From assembly GCA_010909165.1 (NCBI GenBank), contig MU008176.1, positions 612,856-676,855 on the forward strand: DNA of 64,000 nt. The letters run 5' to 3'. Within the stretch, counting starts at the first letter, position 1. Every line of letters begins with the position of its first letter. Made by a program: the position numbers and the translations under genes. This DNA comes from Anthoceros angustus (lineage: Eukaryota > Plantae > Anthocerotophyta). Positions 49,500-61,230 of the stretch are shown here, one piece after another. The notes below the pieces were generated by a model, which was not told the DNA's origin, did no database searches, and saw nothing but the letters and a program-made list of their open reading frames with translations.

Positions 49500-51485
49500 G
49501 TTCCTTGCACCTTCGCCATCTCTTCCTTCAAGTTCAACCACACCTTGCTCACCAACTGGACAACTCTCAGATAAGCCTCCTGTGACATCTAACGTGCTTG
49601 CAGCTGTCTTTGCAAGTACACATAATCTCAGATGCAAACTTGCGGGCTTTGGGCTTCCACGAGCCCCAGCGTATAAGCATACCTCAATGGTCCCGATCTT
49701 TGGGCCACCAAATTGTCCATAGCCATGGGAAGAATTCTTTGAAATACTTACGCTCGGCTTGAACTGTAAGCACACATTTGCATCTTTGCTCCAGTCAGGA
49801 TGGAGTAAGTGTCCTTCACCACATTCGGCAACAACTGCGTTGCGTCCGAATAACAAAAAGTATGGACTGAAACTTCCAAGAGCTGCGCACCGACCACTGT
49901 ACCCCAACACGATGTAAGGGAGCAATTCATCCCAACACTTGGGCTCCACAGTAATGCAGTATTTCCTTAGTGCATCCTTGAAGGTCTGCACTAGCCTTTC
50001 TGCCAGGCCATCGGCCTGTGGATGATCCCTCGATGTCCTCCTGTGATCAATGAGACTCCTGTCCAGCAAGGTCTGGAATTCACCTCGAAACTCGTTACCC
50101 TGGTCTGTGAGCACCTCTGCGCAACTCCCAAATCGGCTGAGCACACACTGCAGAAAAGCTCTGCTGGTGTAATGCGAAGTTCTCTGTGGTAAGAACGCTA
50201 CTTCAACCCACTTAGAGAAATGCTCAATCATGACCATGCAATGTCGGTTACCTTGCTTTGTGAGAGGAAGCTCTGGCATAAGGTCGACTGACCATCTAAA
50301 GAATAGCCCCCTGATTGGAAGGGAGTGCAACACCATCACAGGTGTTAAATCTAGCTTTGACGCATCACATGCAGCTTAGCCACCACCTTCTCGACATCAT
50401 ACATCACGACCCGATGCGTACTCTTCAACATGTGGTGTGTCCTCTTCACACCAAAGTGGCCAAGGGTTTCGTGCACCTTGGTCACTATGCCCACTCTTTC
50501 CTCGGGACTTGGTACTTTCCTTACGAGTTCTCCTTGTGATGTGACTCACCATCTTCCCATGAGTATCCGCCACGCCTTCGAGTTTAGCCAAGCCCTTGAT
50601 CATTCCAGCCTTATGCCTTCCTTGGAATCGGCTTGAACAAAGCACACATTTGCATCTTTGCTCCATCAGCAGGATGGAGTAAGTGTCCTTCACCACATTC
50701 GGCAACCGTTGCGTCCGAATAACAAAAAGTATGGACTGAAACTTCCAAGAGCACACTGCCACCTGTACCCCAACACGATGTAAGGGAGCAATTCATCCCA
50801 ACACTTGGGCTCCACGATGTCGATTTCCTTAGTGCATCCTTGAAGGTGCACTAGCCTTTACGCCGAGCCATCGGCTGTGGATGATCCTCGATGTCCTCCC
50901 GTGATCAATGAGACTCATCGGCAAGGTCCGGAATTCACCTCGAAACTCGTTACCACAGTGCAGAGCACCTCTGCGCTCCCAAATCGGTGAGCACACCTGC
51001 GAGCTCTGCTGGTGTAATGCGAGGTTCTCTGTAACGCTACTTCAACCCACTTAGAGAAATGCTCAATCATGACCATGCAATGTCGGTTACCTTGCTTTGT
51101 GAGAGGAAGCTCGGCATAAGGTCAACCGACCATCTAAAGAATAGCCCCACGATTGGTAGGGAGTGCAACACCACATCACAGGTGTTAAATCTAGCTTTGA
51201 TGCATCACATGCGGCACATAGCCACCACCTTCTCGACATCGCATACATCACGACCCGATACGTACTCTTCAGCATGTGGTGTGTCCTCTTCACACCAAAG
51301 TGGCCAAGGGTTTCGTGCACCTTGGTCACTATGCCCACTCTTTCCTCAGGACTTGGTACTTTCCTTACGAGTTCTCCTTCTGACAGTAGCAGCTCACCAT
51401 CTTCCCATGAGTATCTGGCCACGCGCCTTCTGAGTTTAGCCAAGCCTGCTTCAGTCATTCCAGGCACTGTGCCTTCCTTCAGCAA
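49500..51485 (-). pseudogene. Gypsy integrase (H2C2 zinc finger plus rve core), partly duplicated
   Basis: HETLGHFGVKRTH...CAACDA; MIEHFSKWVEV; EVLTDQGNEFRGEF; HPQADGLAERLVQTFKDALRK. A second degraded copy lies at ~50300-51150. Confidence 0.9.
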
Positions 51486-51649
51486 CTGTATGGCTTGAGG
51501 ATGTCTCCAAACATCCCCGACTCACAGCACATGTCCTTCTTCATGATCATCTATCCTGGCCATGAGTGCCATGAAGCTGCGGGTGCACCATCTACGTGCC
51601 CCTCATCCTGAGCTCTGTGACATCCTTGTCACTTTCCAGTGATTTGCTT

Positions 51650-53500
51650 AGCCCATCCGCATTGTGATGTACCTTGCACGCCTGCACGATCTCCATATCG
51701 TACTCGAGATAGCAGCCCCAGCTAGCTTACCACTCAACTTCATGTTGGTCATCACCAATGAAGTGGTGGTGATCTGTGACCGATTAACGCCTTCCATACA
51801 GATAGACCGAAATGCGAGCGCCCATACCTGCAAGACACTCTCCCTCATATGAGGTAGTTCACTTGAGAGTTGTTAGATCGGCTTGCATAAGCTATCACTC
51901 GCTCAACACCATCGCACCATGTTGTGACAACACCGCTCCAATTCCAGATTATCCGATGCATGTCGAGTGAAAGGGTGATCAAAATTGCTGGCGCATAGGC
52001 TTCTCCAAGCGGTCCGAAGATCTTGCCAAGCCAACTCCGGTCTTGGTCCCATTTCCACAATGTCTTTCTTCAGCTCATACAGAGGTTTACATGTGGGCGA
52101 GGTCCTTCATAAACCTCCTGTAATAGTTCACCAAACCCGGGCTCTAAGAGCGGCTACATCCTTTGGTCTAGGCATTTGCATCACGCACCTTAGCCGGTGA
52201 GGCATGATGCCTCCTGGTACTATCTCATGCCCCGGATACTCGATCTGCTGGAAAGCAAACTTGCATTTCTTAGGATGAGCTTTCAAACTGAGCTTGACCT
52301 CAGCAATATCTCTAGATGCTCCATATGTTCTTGATTGTCTCACAAGACCGGATATCATCTATGTAGCAACGCACAAATGGCGACCTAGCTCGATCCGCAA
52401 TTCTTTGGAAATATATAGAAGCATTTTCAGCCCAAAGCATTGTCTCCCACTCCCAAAGCTGGTCCTTCCCCAGGTGTCTTGCACTTGTCCGCTCTTCAAT
52501 CACAATTTGGTTGAAGCTGGCGGAAGTCCAAGGCGGTAAAGAACTTTGCCTTACCTATGGCATCGAAAATCTCGTCTGGAGTAGGCATGGGGTACCGCTC
52601 CATAGGAGTCACCTCGTTTAGAGGTCGGTAGACACATCCTCCTGTCCTTCCATTCACCGTTCTCATCCTTCTTGAGCGGTAGGACGGTCCGACATATTGA
52701 GAGCTTGATTTTCTTATCAACCCCGAACAACTCTTGGCGTTTGTCAACAATCTCCCATTCTGGCGAGGCGGTGCCTCCTTAGACGGGCTCTTCATGAGTC
52801 GTCACTACTTTGAACTTGATCTTCTCATACCTACTTGACTCCTTCCAACGAATGCAAAAGCACCCTTGTTTTTCTCAAGCATGTTGATGATTTTCGCTTA
52901 TCTTCCGGCTCACATCTTACGCAATGTGCCATACATGAACCTCTTCGTCACACTCTTGGTGGGATTCGGTATCCACAGCCATCTTGAATCTCTCCCTGAC
53001 TCATCTTCCTCACCTTAGGAACCTCTTTATCCTGCAGTAGTTGGAGGAAGGCTTTCGCTTCCCTTAACGCAAGTTGGAACATAAGCTGTGCTGACCACCT
53101 CGGCACTAAGTCAAATGCTGTCCAAGCATCCCGCATCTTGCGATTCTGATGCCCATGGTGCAGTGTCCTTCTTGGCAAAGCCCATCGCTTGCTCGCGTTC
53201 CTCAACATTGAGCTCTCCAAGCTCATTCCCTTCAAATCCGAATCACACCATCTCCTCCTGTCCTTCCATTCACCGTTCTCATCCTTCTTGAGCGGTAGGA
53301 CCGAGAAGATATTGAGAGCTTGATTTTCTTATCAACCCCGCTCAACAACTCTTGGTTTGTCAACAATCTCCCATTCTGCCCGAGGCGATGCCTCCTCAAG
53401 ACGGGCTCTTCATGAGTCGTCACTACTTTGAACTTGATCTTCTCATACCCCAGCCTCCTTCCAACGAATGCAAAAGCACCCTTGTTTTTCTCAAGCATGT
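51650..53500 (-). pseudogene. Gypsy reverse transcriptase and RNase H, frameshifted and partly duplicated
   Basis: YRPLNEVTPMERYPMPTPDEIFDAIGKAKFFTALDF, CYIDDI, LKAHPKKCKFAFQQIEYPGH and ERVIAYASRSNN. Confidence 0.9.
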
Positions 53501-53714
53501 TGATGATTTTCGCTTATCTTCCGGCTCACATCTTACGCAATGTGCCATACATGAACCTCTTCGTCACACTCTTGGTGACAGCTCAAGATCCACATGTCAA
53601 TCTCTCCCGCAGCCTTCCTCCGCCTTAGGAACCTCTTTATCCTGCAGTAGTTGGAGGAAGGCTTTCGCTTCTCGCAAGTTGGAACGCCAAGCCGGCTTAC
53701 CACCCACCTCGCAT

Positions 53715-54590
53715 CGCAGTCAAATGCCTGTCCAAGCATCCTGCATCTTGCAGATTCTGTGATGCCCATGGTCTGAGTGTCCTTCTTGGCAAAGCCCATC
53801 GCTTGCTCGCGTTCCTCAACATTGAGCTCTCCAAGCTCATTCCCCTTCAAATCCAGAATCACACCATCTCCTCCTGGCCTGAAGGCATAAGATTGCGGTG
53901 TGCTCACCAGAGTTGGCCATGCCCTTCTGGCTTCCCCTACTCGATTCACAGGGTAAAATGGCAACTTGTCCATCCGCTTCACCTGTTGTGAGCACCTTCC
54001 CAACTCTAGGATGTCATCCACGACCTTCCGCTTCGGAGTTGTCAAATTCTGTCTGTCGAGCACCTCCGGTCCACCACATTTGTCCGATGCTGAAACTGTG
54101 TGCATATGAGCCACCGCACGCGTCCATGATCAACTCATTGCCGAACCACGCCCGAATCTCTTCATACGGGCCCTAACGGTGGGCGTTTGTCCATGGTCGC
54201 ACACACATTCTCCGAATGTACCAACATCGTGGATTCGCAATCGGACTTCTCGCGTGATTTTGCGAGCTCGCCAACGAAACGCCTTCACCTTTGCCTGCAC
54301 TGCCGAAAATGTCTTGCATTCCCATCCCGCGATCAAGATATCCACCGGCTTGACAAGGCTTCTAGGGCCGCTTCCCAACCAGTTCACGTCAGGGCAGCCT
54401 CGCGACCTCGCTTCCTCGCTCGGTAGTGTTGGATCGCGAAACCGAGATTCGACCCTAGCGGCTCGAATCTTCTCATCCTTTTCCACGCAGGTATATTGCC
54501 GTATCTTGACGCCACACTGCAACACCGCTTCCAGGCCACTGCTGATTCCCGAGCAGAGCTCCAACAAATGGATGCCTTCAGCGCCCACCT
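53715..54590 (-). pseudogene. C5-cytosine DNA methyltransferase domain (DNMT3-like) embedded in Gypsy pol
   Basis: Motif I GIHLLELCSGISSGLEAVLQCG, motif II YTCVEKD, motif IV VDILIAGWEC (54316-54327), motif VI ENV (54204-54212), DA...S.AH, and motifs IX-X ELNVEEREQAMGF..DT...ITESARCRMLGQAFD. A partial duplicate of the C-terminus lies at ~53050-53260. Confidence 0.85.
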
Positions 54591-54949
54591 TCCATCGTAC
54601 TAGAGCATCGTCGATGCGTCGATCTCCCGACTTGGCAGGCCTCATACCTGGGATCGACCTCTCAGGACATGTGTCTGTGAGATTCCACGGTCGATCCTCC
54701 TTCCTTCTTGGTTCTCGAACCCTCGCTTGATCCAAATATTACGGCGCACAACCTTAAGCACACCCTTCGCTCTCTTGGCTTGGCATCTCCGGAGAGGATA
54801 ACTCCCGTTTCCTCCCACATCTCATGTCGATGCTCACTCGAGCAGTGGGCAATCATGGCGCCTCATCCTCGTCCCCACTCTTGCCACCACTCCTATTCAT
54901 CCTTAGAGGAATTGCAACATGCGTGAAATCTCCTCTCCACCGTAATGGT

Positions 54950-55300
54950 CTCAGAAAGCTTGCAAGGGATCAACCCCATGGCGGGACGGTGAGTTCCGTC
55001 CGACCCGAAGACATCATATGTCTTTGCCGGTGACCAAACATCTCACTTCAACGATCTGGCATCCTTCGTGCGAGCTTCAATTCAATCTTCACGGGCCTCC
55101 TCGTCATTCCCGACTGTTCCTTGGTACTGCAGGTGGTGATGTTCACGTCGCTCGAGCGAGCTTGTGTCCGTCTGACTTTAGTGCCTCCTGCACCGTGCTC
55201 CCCGATCCGGATCTCGTGTCTACAAATCGTTCGGAGCATAGCCATCAAAGGTCACGTCCGTCCGTGTTATCAATCATGGCAACACCTCCTTCACCTCGCT
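54950..55300 (-). pseudogene. Probable retropepsin (aspartic protease) remnant
   Basis: GVAMIDNT (degenerate DTG) and VEVRCLVTGKDI.DV..GR on the minus strand, positioned between gag and DNMT. Confidence 0.4.
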
Positions 55301-55599
55301 CCTCGGCATCGGATGCTCGCCACACAACCGCCATACTAGGAAGAGATCCTGCGGATTCAAGCTCCTTTCTCGCCATTCTCGCATGATGTTTTTGAAGTTG
55401 TTGCCCTTCACTCCCGGATCCACAAGACTTCTGCAGGCACCTCCATGGCCTTGTCCGAACGCCTCAACGTCTCGACCGATCTTGACACCTTACGTGTCGT
55501 GGAGTTTTCTCGACCGGAAACTCTCGGCATCTTGGTCGATTCCGTTCGGCACTCCCTTGCGTGACGCCTTCACCAAAGTCAACAACACCTTTTCTTTTC

Positions 55600-56660
55600 T
55601 TGCGCACCGCCATCATGCCAAACGCCTCATCTTCATCCAGTCGAGAACAAAATCCTCGCTGCATTCGCCATGTTGGCCATCTCCTTCTTGAGCTCCTCCA
55701 CTTGCCCGAGGAGAGCCTTACGACTTGGGCCCTTGCCCTTCTCCTTCTCGGTGATGCAAGCTTGGGCTTGACTGGATGAGCTTCCCAACACGCTGCCTCC
55801 ATGTGACCCCATCGCCACAAGACTTACAGCTTCCCCTTCGGACCACGGCTTGTGCTTGAGGCCTTGCGCTCACGGCATCTGCCACACTTCACAGCTGCTT
55901 GACTGCATTGTTAGCTGGCCTCTCCTTCGGCACATGTGGCTGCTTGCCATGTCCTGAGGACTGTGCCTGCTCCCGGTACTGGTACCTTGGGACAAACCTG
56001 GAATTCCCGTGTCCTCCAGACCCGTGCTGCGAAGGGCCCTTCACGACTCCGTGATCCTCCAAGTAAGCCTGGCTTACTGCATCTCCTTTGAGCACCTTCT
56101 CAGCAATTTGATAGGCGTCTATCAACTGATATCTCTCTCCCATCGCTCCATGCAGCGAGTCCATCACCTTCCTTCTTTGTCTGGCAGGCAATGCTGCCAT
56201 GAAGATCTCAGCCTCCTCATCGTCTTCACATCCGTGTCTTCCACCGTAACCTTCAATCGAGGTAAGATGCACGCAATGTCTCGTTAGGCTGAAAGAAAAC
56301 CTCGGCCTTCTGGATCTTTTCAAGGTAGAAACATGGTGGTTAACTTGGCGAACATCAAGTCCACGGATGCTCGAGCTTGTCCTCGTCGATGGGGTGCGGT
56401 CGAACCAGCCCTCTTGGCCGCCTGCACCGCTTCTCTTCTCGGCCACCTTCAGATCCCTTCTCATCTCGTAATACATTAGAGCCTCACCGCAAGGTAGGAT
56501 GACATCTTCATGAACGCCATCCTCCGAGTGAACTCGTCCTTGTATTTCATCTTGTTTTCCGCCATTGCCCAACGAAACTTCTCCTCGAAATGCAAGAGAC
56601 ATGCTTCCATGTTTTCCGTGAAGACATCGTTCTTACTTGGTGTGAACTCAAGCTCCATTC
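55600..56660 (-). pseudogene. Gag-like region of the Gypsy element
   Basis: Long minus-strand frames (55889..56602, 56476..56658) with helical content and a coiled-coil (QVEELKKEMANMANAARILFS), upstream of PR. Confidence 0.5.
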
Positions 56661-56819
56661 TTGCACTCTCCGCTCCAATCGCCGAACTGTCTCCTTGTGA
56701 CTGGCGCGTTGTCTCTGTATTGTTCCGGTGTCCTCTTGAATGGCGAGTAGTAGACGTCGTGCACTTCTCCGTGAAGGCAGTAGCAGTGTCCTTCGTCGAT
56801 CCACCACGATCTCGTGAAC

Positions 56820-59800
56820 ACCATCAATGGTTACTTCTCCTATGCCTGACCACTGCACGGATGTTGTCAAAGGGCAAATTGTTTCCACCGTTAGCCCAAC
56901 CAGCTAGCCAGAAAAGTACATCCACTGCCTCTATCCACAAACGGCTCCAGACGTATGCAGGCTCTTCTCCAGACAATTCTGCTAACTCAGCAATCGTGAG
57001 ACTACCACACCTAAGCTGTGTATAATCAATGGCAGAATTCCTGTCCATCAGAAAAACATCAGCCTATCTCTCAGTGTTGCCTTCTGCAACACTCAACCTT
57101 CTCGGATCGCAGCTGTCTCCTGGGTTGGATGGTGGACGACTTCCGCCTCTTCCTCCAATCTCCAGCCACGTCTCCTCCGGAGTATCTTAGTCCCCAACAA
57201 GAGGATTGTTGATGTGGTGAAATCAAGATGGAAAATTCTCCCAACGACAATGCAACGAACCACAAGAACCTCTAGGAGACAAAGACACGGCGAGGGGCAG
57301 TATGGCTGTCTATTAGAACAAGACAAACATCAACAATCCGAGAATCCATGGTGGGTGCCTACATATATAGGCAAAACCCCCAGAGTTCTCGATGAAGTGT
57401 CCACCCATCGATGGTGGGCACTTTATAATCCTACTTTCCTTGGCCTTGAAATAATAATATTTTATGTGTTTAACAGCCTATTCGTCCTTTTCCTTGATTT
57501 ATGATTTTTATGTATTTTCTAATATAAATCACTATCTATATATGCGCCATGACACATCACATGTCATGTGCCATGCATGCATACCATGCATATAGATTGC
57601 ATGCGCCATGACACATCACCGCCACATGTCCACATCACATGTCATCCTTCATCTCCATACGTATGCATACATGGCACACATGCATACACATACATGTCAT
57701 GCGGGCCATCCATGGGCCATGTACATGACATCATCAAGCACTTCAGCATCGGGGCTTGCGAGATGCTCCAGTCGATATCTAGTCATTTTCGGATTCAGGC
57801 TTATGCCTGTGATGCTCTAGTCGATATCCACATAGAGTCTTAGGTGCTCTGCTTCCATACAAGAACAAAGATGACGCTGGGTCTGTGCACCAGCCAAGCC
57901 ACCTTGCTCGACCATTCTCCGGCTTCCAAGATTTCCTCGCGATGCTGGCGCAATAGCTAGCACTTTGTCGATGGGCCCCCAAGCTGTCCTCCTTCCCGGC
58001 AATGACGTTATGAGCACCCTGAGCATCCATGACCCGGGTTGGCGGCGTTGTTCGAGCTTAAGCGAGCGGCTTGACCAAATCCTCAAGTCAACGTCCCAAA
58101 CCATGGTGGGAAGGCCAACCGAGTCACTGCATGCACAACCGATAACCGCGACAAAGTGAGCAGGAACTCCGAGTGGCGATGGCGACAAGGCGGTGAGGTA
58201 ACCCGTGGTGATGGGGGAAGAGGCAAGAGGAGAAGAGAGGCCAGCGCAAGTCCTAGGGCATGCCGGTGGCTCATGTGCCATGCATGCCGATTCGAGGCGC
58301 AGAAGTCCTAGGGCATGCCACCGGCTCATGCCATTCATGCCTCGGGCGCACAAATATGTGTACATGTGGCATTCACATGCCTAAAACACCGCAGCGCAAC
58401 TTCGCCATTGTCCACCACACCATGCATGTTTGGCATATATAGGCATCCGTGTTTTATCGATTTTTAATCCAAGGACAAATTTAGCCCATTATGGATTACC
58501 ATATACGCATCGAAGGAAAATAATTTCCCTTTGCTCATGCGCATTTCGTGGTCCAAGGACAAAACATTCCCGTTATGTATGGTCATTTCGTGACCCAAGG
58601 ACAAATGTTCCTCATTCGTCATGACCATGTCTTGGCCTCAGTCAATTTTGGCCATTCGGATGACCATTTCAAAGCCAAGGACAAATGTTTCCATTATGGA
58701 AGATCATTTTCGATCGACGGACAATAATTTGCCATTGTTCATTACCGTTCGTGGTCCAAGGACAATACATTCCCATCATGCATGATCATCGTGACCCAGG
58801 ACAAATGTTCCTCATTCGTCATGACCATGTCTTGCCTCATGTCAATTTTGGCCATTACGGATGACCATTTGGAGAGCCAAGGACAAATTTGCCCTTTGTG
58901 GATTACCATTTGTGACACAAGGACAAATGATTCACACGCAAGCGATCCTTCCTCCAATAAGACAATTTTGCATTTAATCATCCCTATTGGCGACCCAAGG
59001 ACAAGTGTTATGCCATTTTCGGTAATGCCCACGGATGTGGCATGCCATTTCAAAACAAGACCCGACTTAGAACACCATCAATGGTTACTTCTCCTATGCG
59101 ACCAGCGCGGATGTTGTCAAAGGGCAAATTGTTTCACCGTTAGCCCAACCTAGAAAAGTACATCCACGCCTCTATCCACAAACGGCTCCAGACGTATGCG
59201 GGCTCTTCTCGAACATTACGCTAACTCGGCAATCGTGAGACTACCACACCTAAGGTGTGTAATCAATGGCGAAATTCATCCATCGAAAAACATCAGCCTA
59301 TCTCTCGGTGCCTTACGCAACACTCAACCTTCTCGGATCTGTCTCACAGGTTGGATGGTGGGCGACTTCCGCCTCTTCCTCCAATCTCCGGTAGCGCCCA
59401 GTCTCCTCCAGTATCTTAGTCCCCAACAAGAGGATTGTTGATGTGGTGAAATCAAGCTGGGAAATTCTCCCAACCTGGTAATGCAACGAACCACAAGAAC
59501 CTCTAGGAGACAAAGACACAGCAGGGACGAAGTATGGCTGTCTATTAGAACAAGACAAACATCAACAATCCGAGAATCCATGGCTGGGTGCCTACATATA
59601 TAGGCAAAAACCCCCAGGAGTTCTCGATGAAGTGTCCACCCGTATCGATGGTGGGCACTTTATAATCCTACTTTCCTTGGCCTTCGAAATAATAATATTT
59701 TATGTGTTTAACAGCCTATTCGTCCTTTTCCTTGATTTATGATTTTTATGTATTTTCTAATATAAATCACTATCTATATATCGTCATAGCCCATGCATAT

Positions 59801-61230
59801 CCATGCATATAGATTGCATGCGCCATGACACATCACACCACATGTCCACATCACATGTCATCCTTCATCTCCATACGTATGCATACATGGCACACATGCA
59901 TACATGGCATACATGCATACATGTCATGCGGGCCATCCATGGGCCATGTACATGACATCATCAAGCACTTGACATCGGCTTATGCGAGATGCTCGGTCGA
60001 TATCTAGTCATTTTCGGCATTCAGGCTTATGCCGGGATGCTCTAGTCGATATCCACATAGAGTCTTAGGTGCCTGCTTCCCATACAAGACAAAGCAGATG
60101 GCCGCTTTGCACGGTAGCCAAGCCACCTTGCTCGACCATTCTCCGGCTTCAGCCTCTCCTCGCGATGCTGGCGCAAAGCGCCGATGGGCCCCCAAGCTGT
60201 CCTCCTTCCCGGCGGCGGCGTTATGAGCACCGACATCCGCGGCCGGGTTGGCGGCGTTGTTCGAGCTTAAGCGAGCGGCTTGACCAAATCCTCAAAGTCA
60301 ACGTCCCAAACCATGGTCGAGGAAGGCCAACCGAGTCACTGCACATGCACAACCGATAACCGCGACAAAGTGAGCAGGAACTCCGAGTGGCGATGGCGAC
60401 AAGGGCGGTGAGGTAACCACATGGTGATGGGGGAAGAGGCAAGAGGAAGGCGCAGAAGTCCTAGGGCATGCCGGTGGCTCATGTGCCATGCATGCCGATT
60501 TGCGAGCGCCACCACCTATATGTGCACATGTGGCATTCACATGCCTAAAACACCGCGCAAGCGATTGTCCACCACACCATGATTGGCATATATAGGCATC
60601 CGTGTTTTATACGATTTTCGTCATCCAAGGACAAATTTAGCCCATTATGGATTACCATATGCATCGAAGGAAAATAATTTCCCTTTGCTCATGCGCATTT
60701 CGTGGTCCAAGGACAAAACATTCCCGTTATGTATGGTCATTTCGTGACCCAAGGACAAATGTTCCTCATTCGTCATGACCATGTCTTGGCCTCAGTCAAT
60801 TTTGGCCATTCGGATGACCATTTCAAAGCCAAGGACAAATGTTTCCATTATGGAAGATCATTTTCGATCGACGGACAATAATTTGCCATTGTTCATTACC
60901 GTTCGTGGTCCAAGGACAATACATTCCCATCATGCATGATCATCGTGACCCAGGACAAATGTTCCTCATTCGTCATGACCATGTCTTGCCTCATGTCAAT
61001 TTTGGCCATTACGGATGACCATTTGGAGAGCCAAGGACAAATTTGCCCTTTGTGGATTACCATTTGTGACACAAGGACAAATGATTCACACGCAAGCGAT
61101 CCTTCCTCCAATAAGACAATTTTGCATTTAATCATCCCTATTGGCAACCCAAGGACAAGTGTCGAATGCCATTTCGTCTGGGTAATGCCCACGGATGTGG
61201 CATGCCATTTCAAAACAAGACCCGACTTAG
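56820..61230. repeat. Imperfect ~2.2-kb tandem duplication (5' leader, LTR-like repeat and minisatellite)
   Basis: caccatcaatggttacttctcctatg at ~56820 and ~59073; minisatellite blocks at ~58460 and ~60620. Confidence 0.8.

Larger units (their letters stand above)
46081..57875 (-). mobile_element. Ty3/Gypsy LTR retrotransposon: gag - PR - C5-DNMT - RT - RH - INT - PHD
   Basis: Domain order read on the minus strand, flanked by long direct repeats (46081-46700 and ~57217-57875). Exact LTR ends, PBS and TSD were not resolved. Confidence 0.75.
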
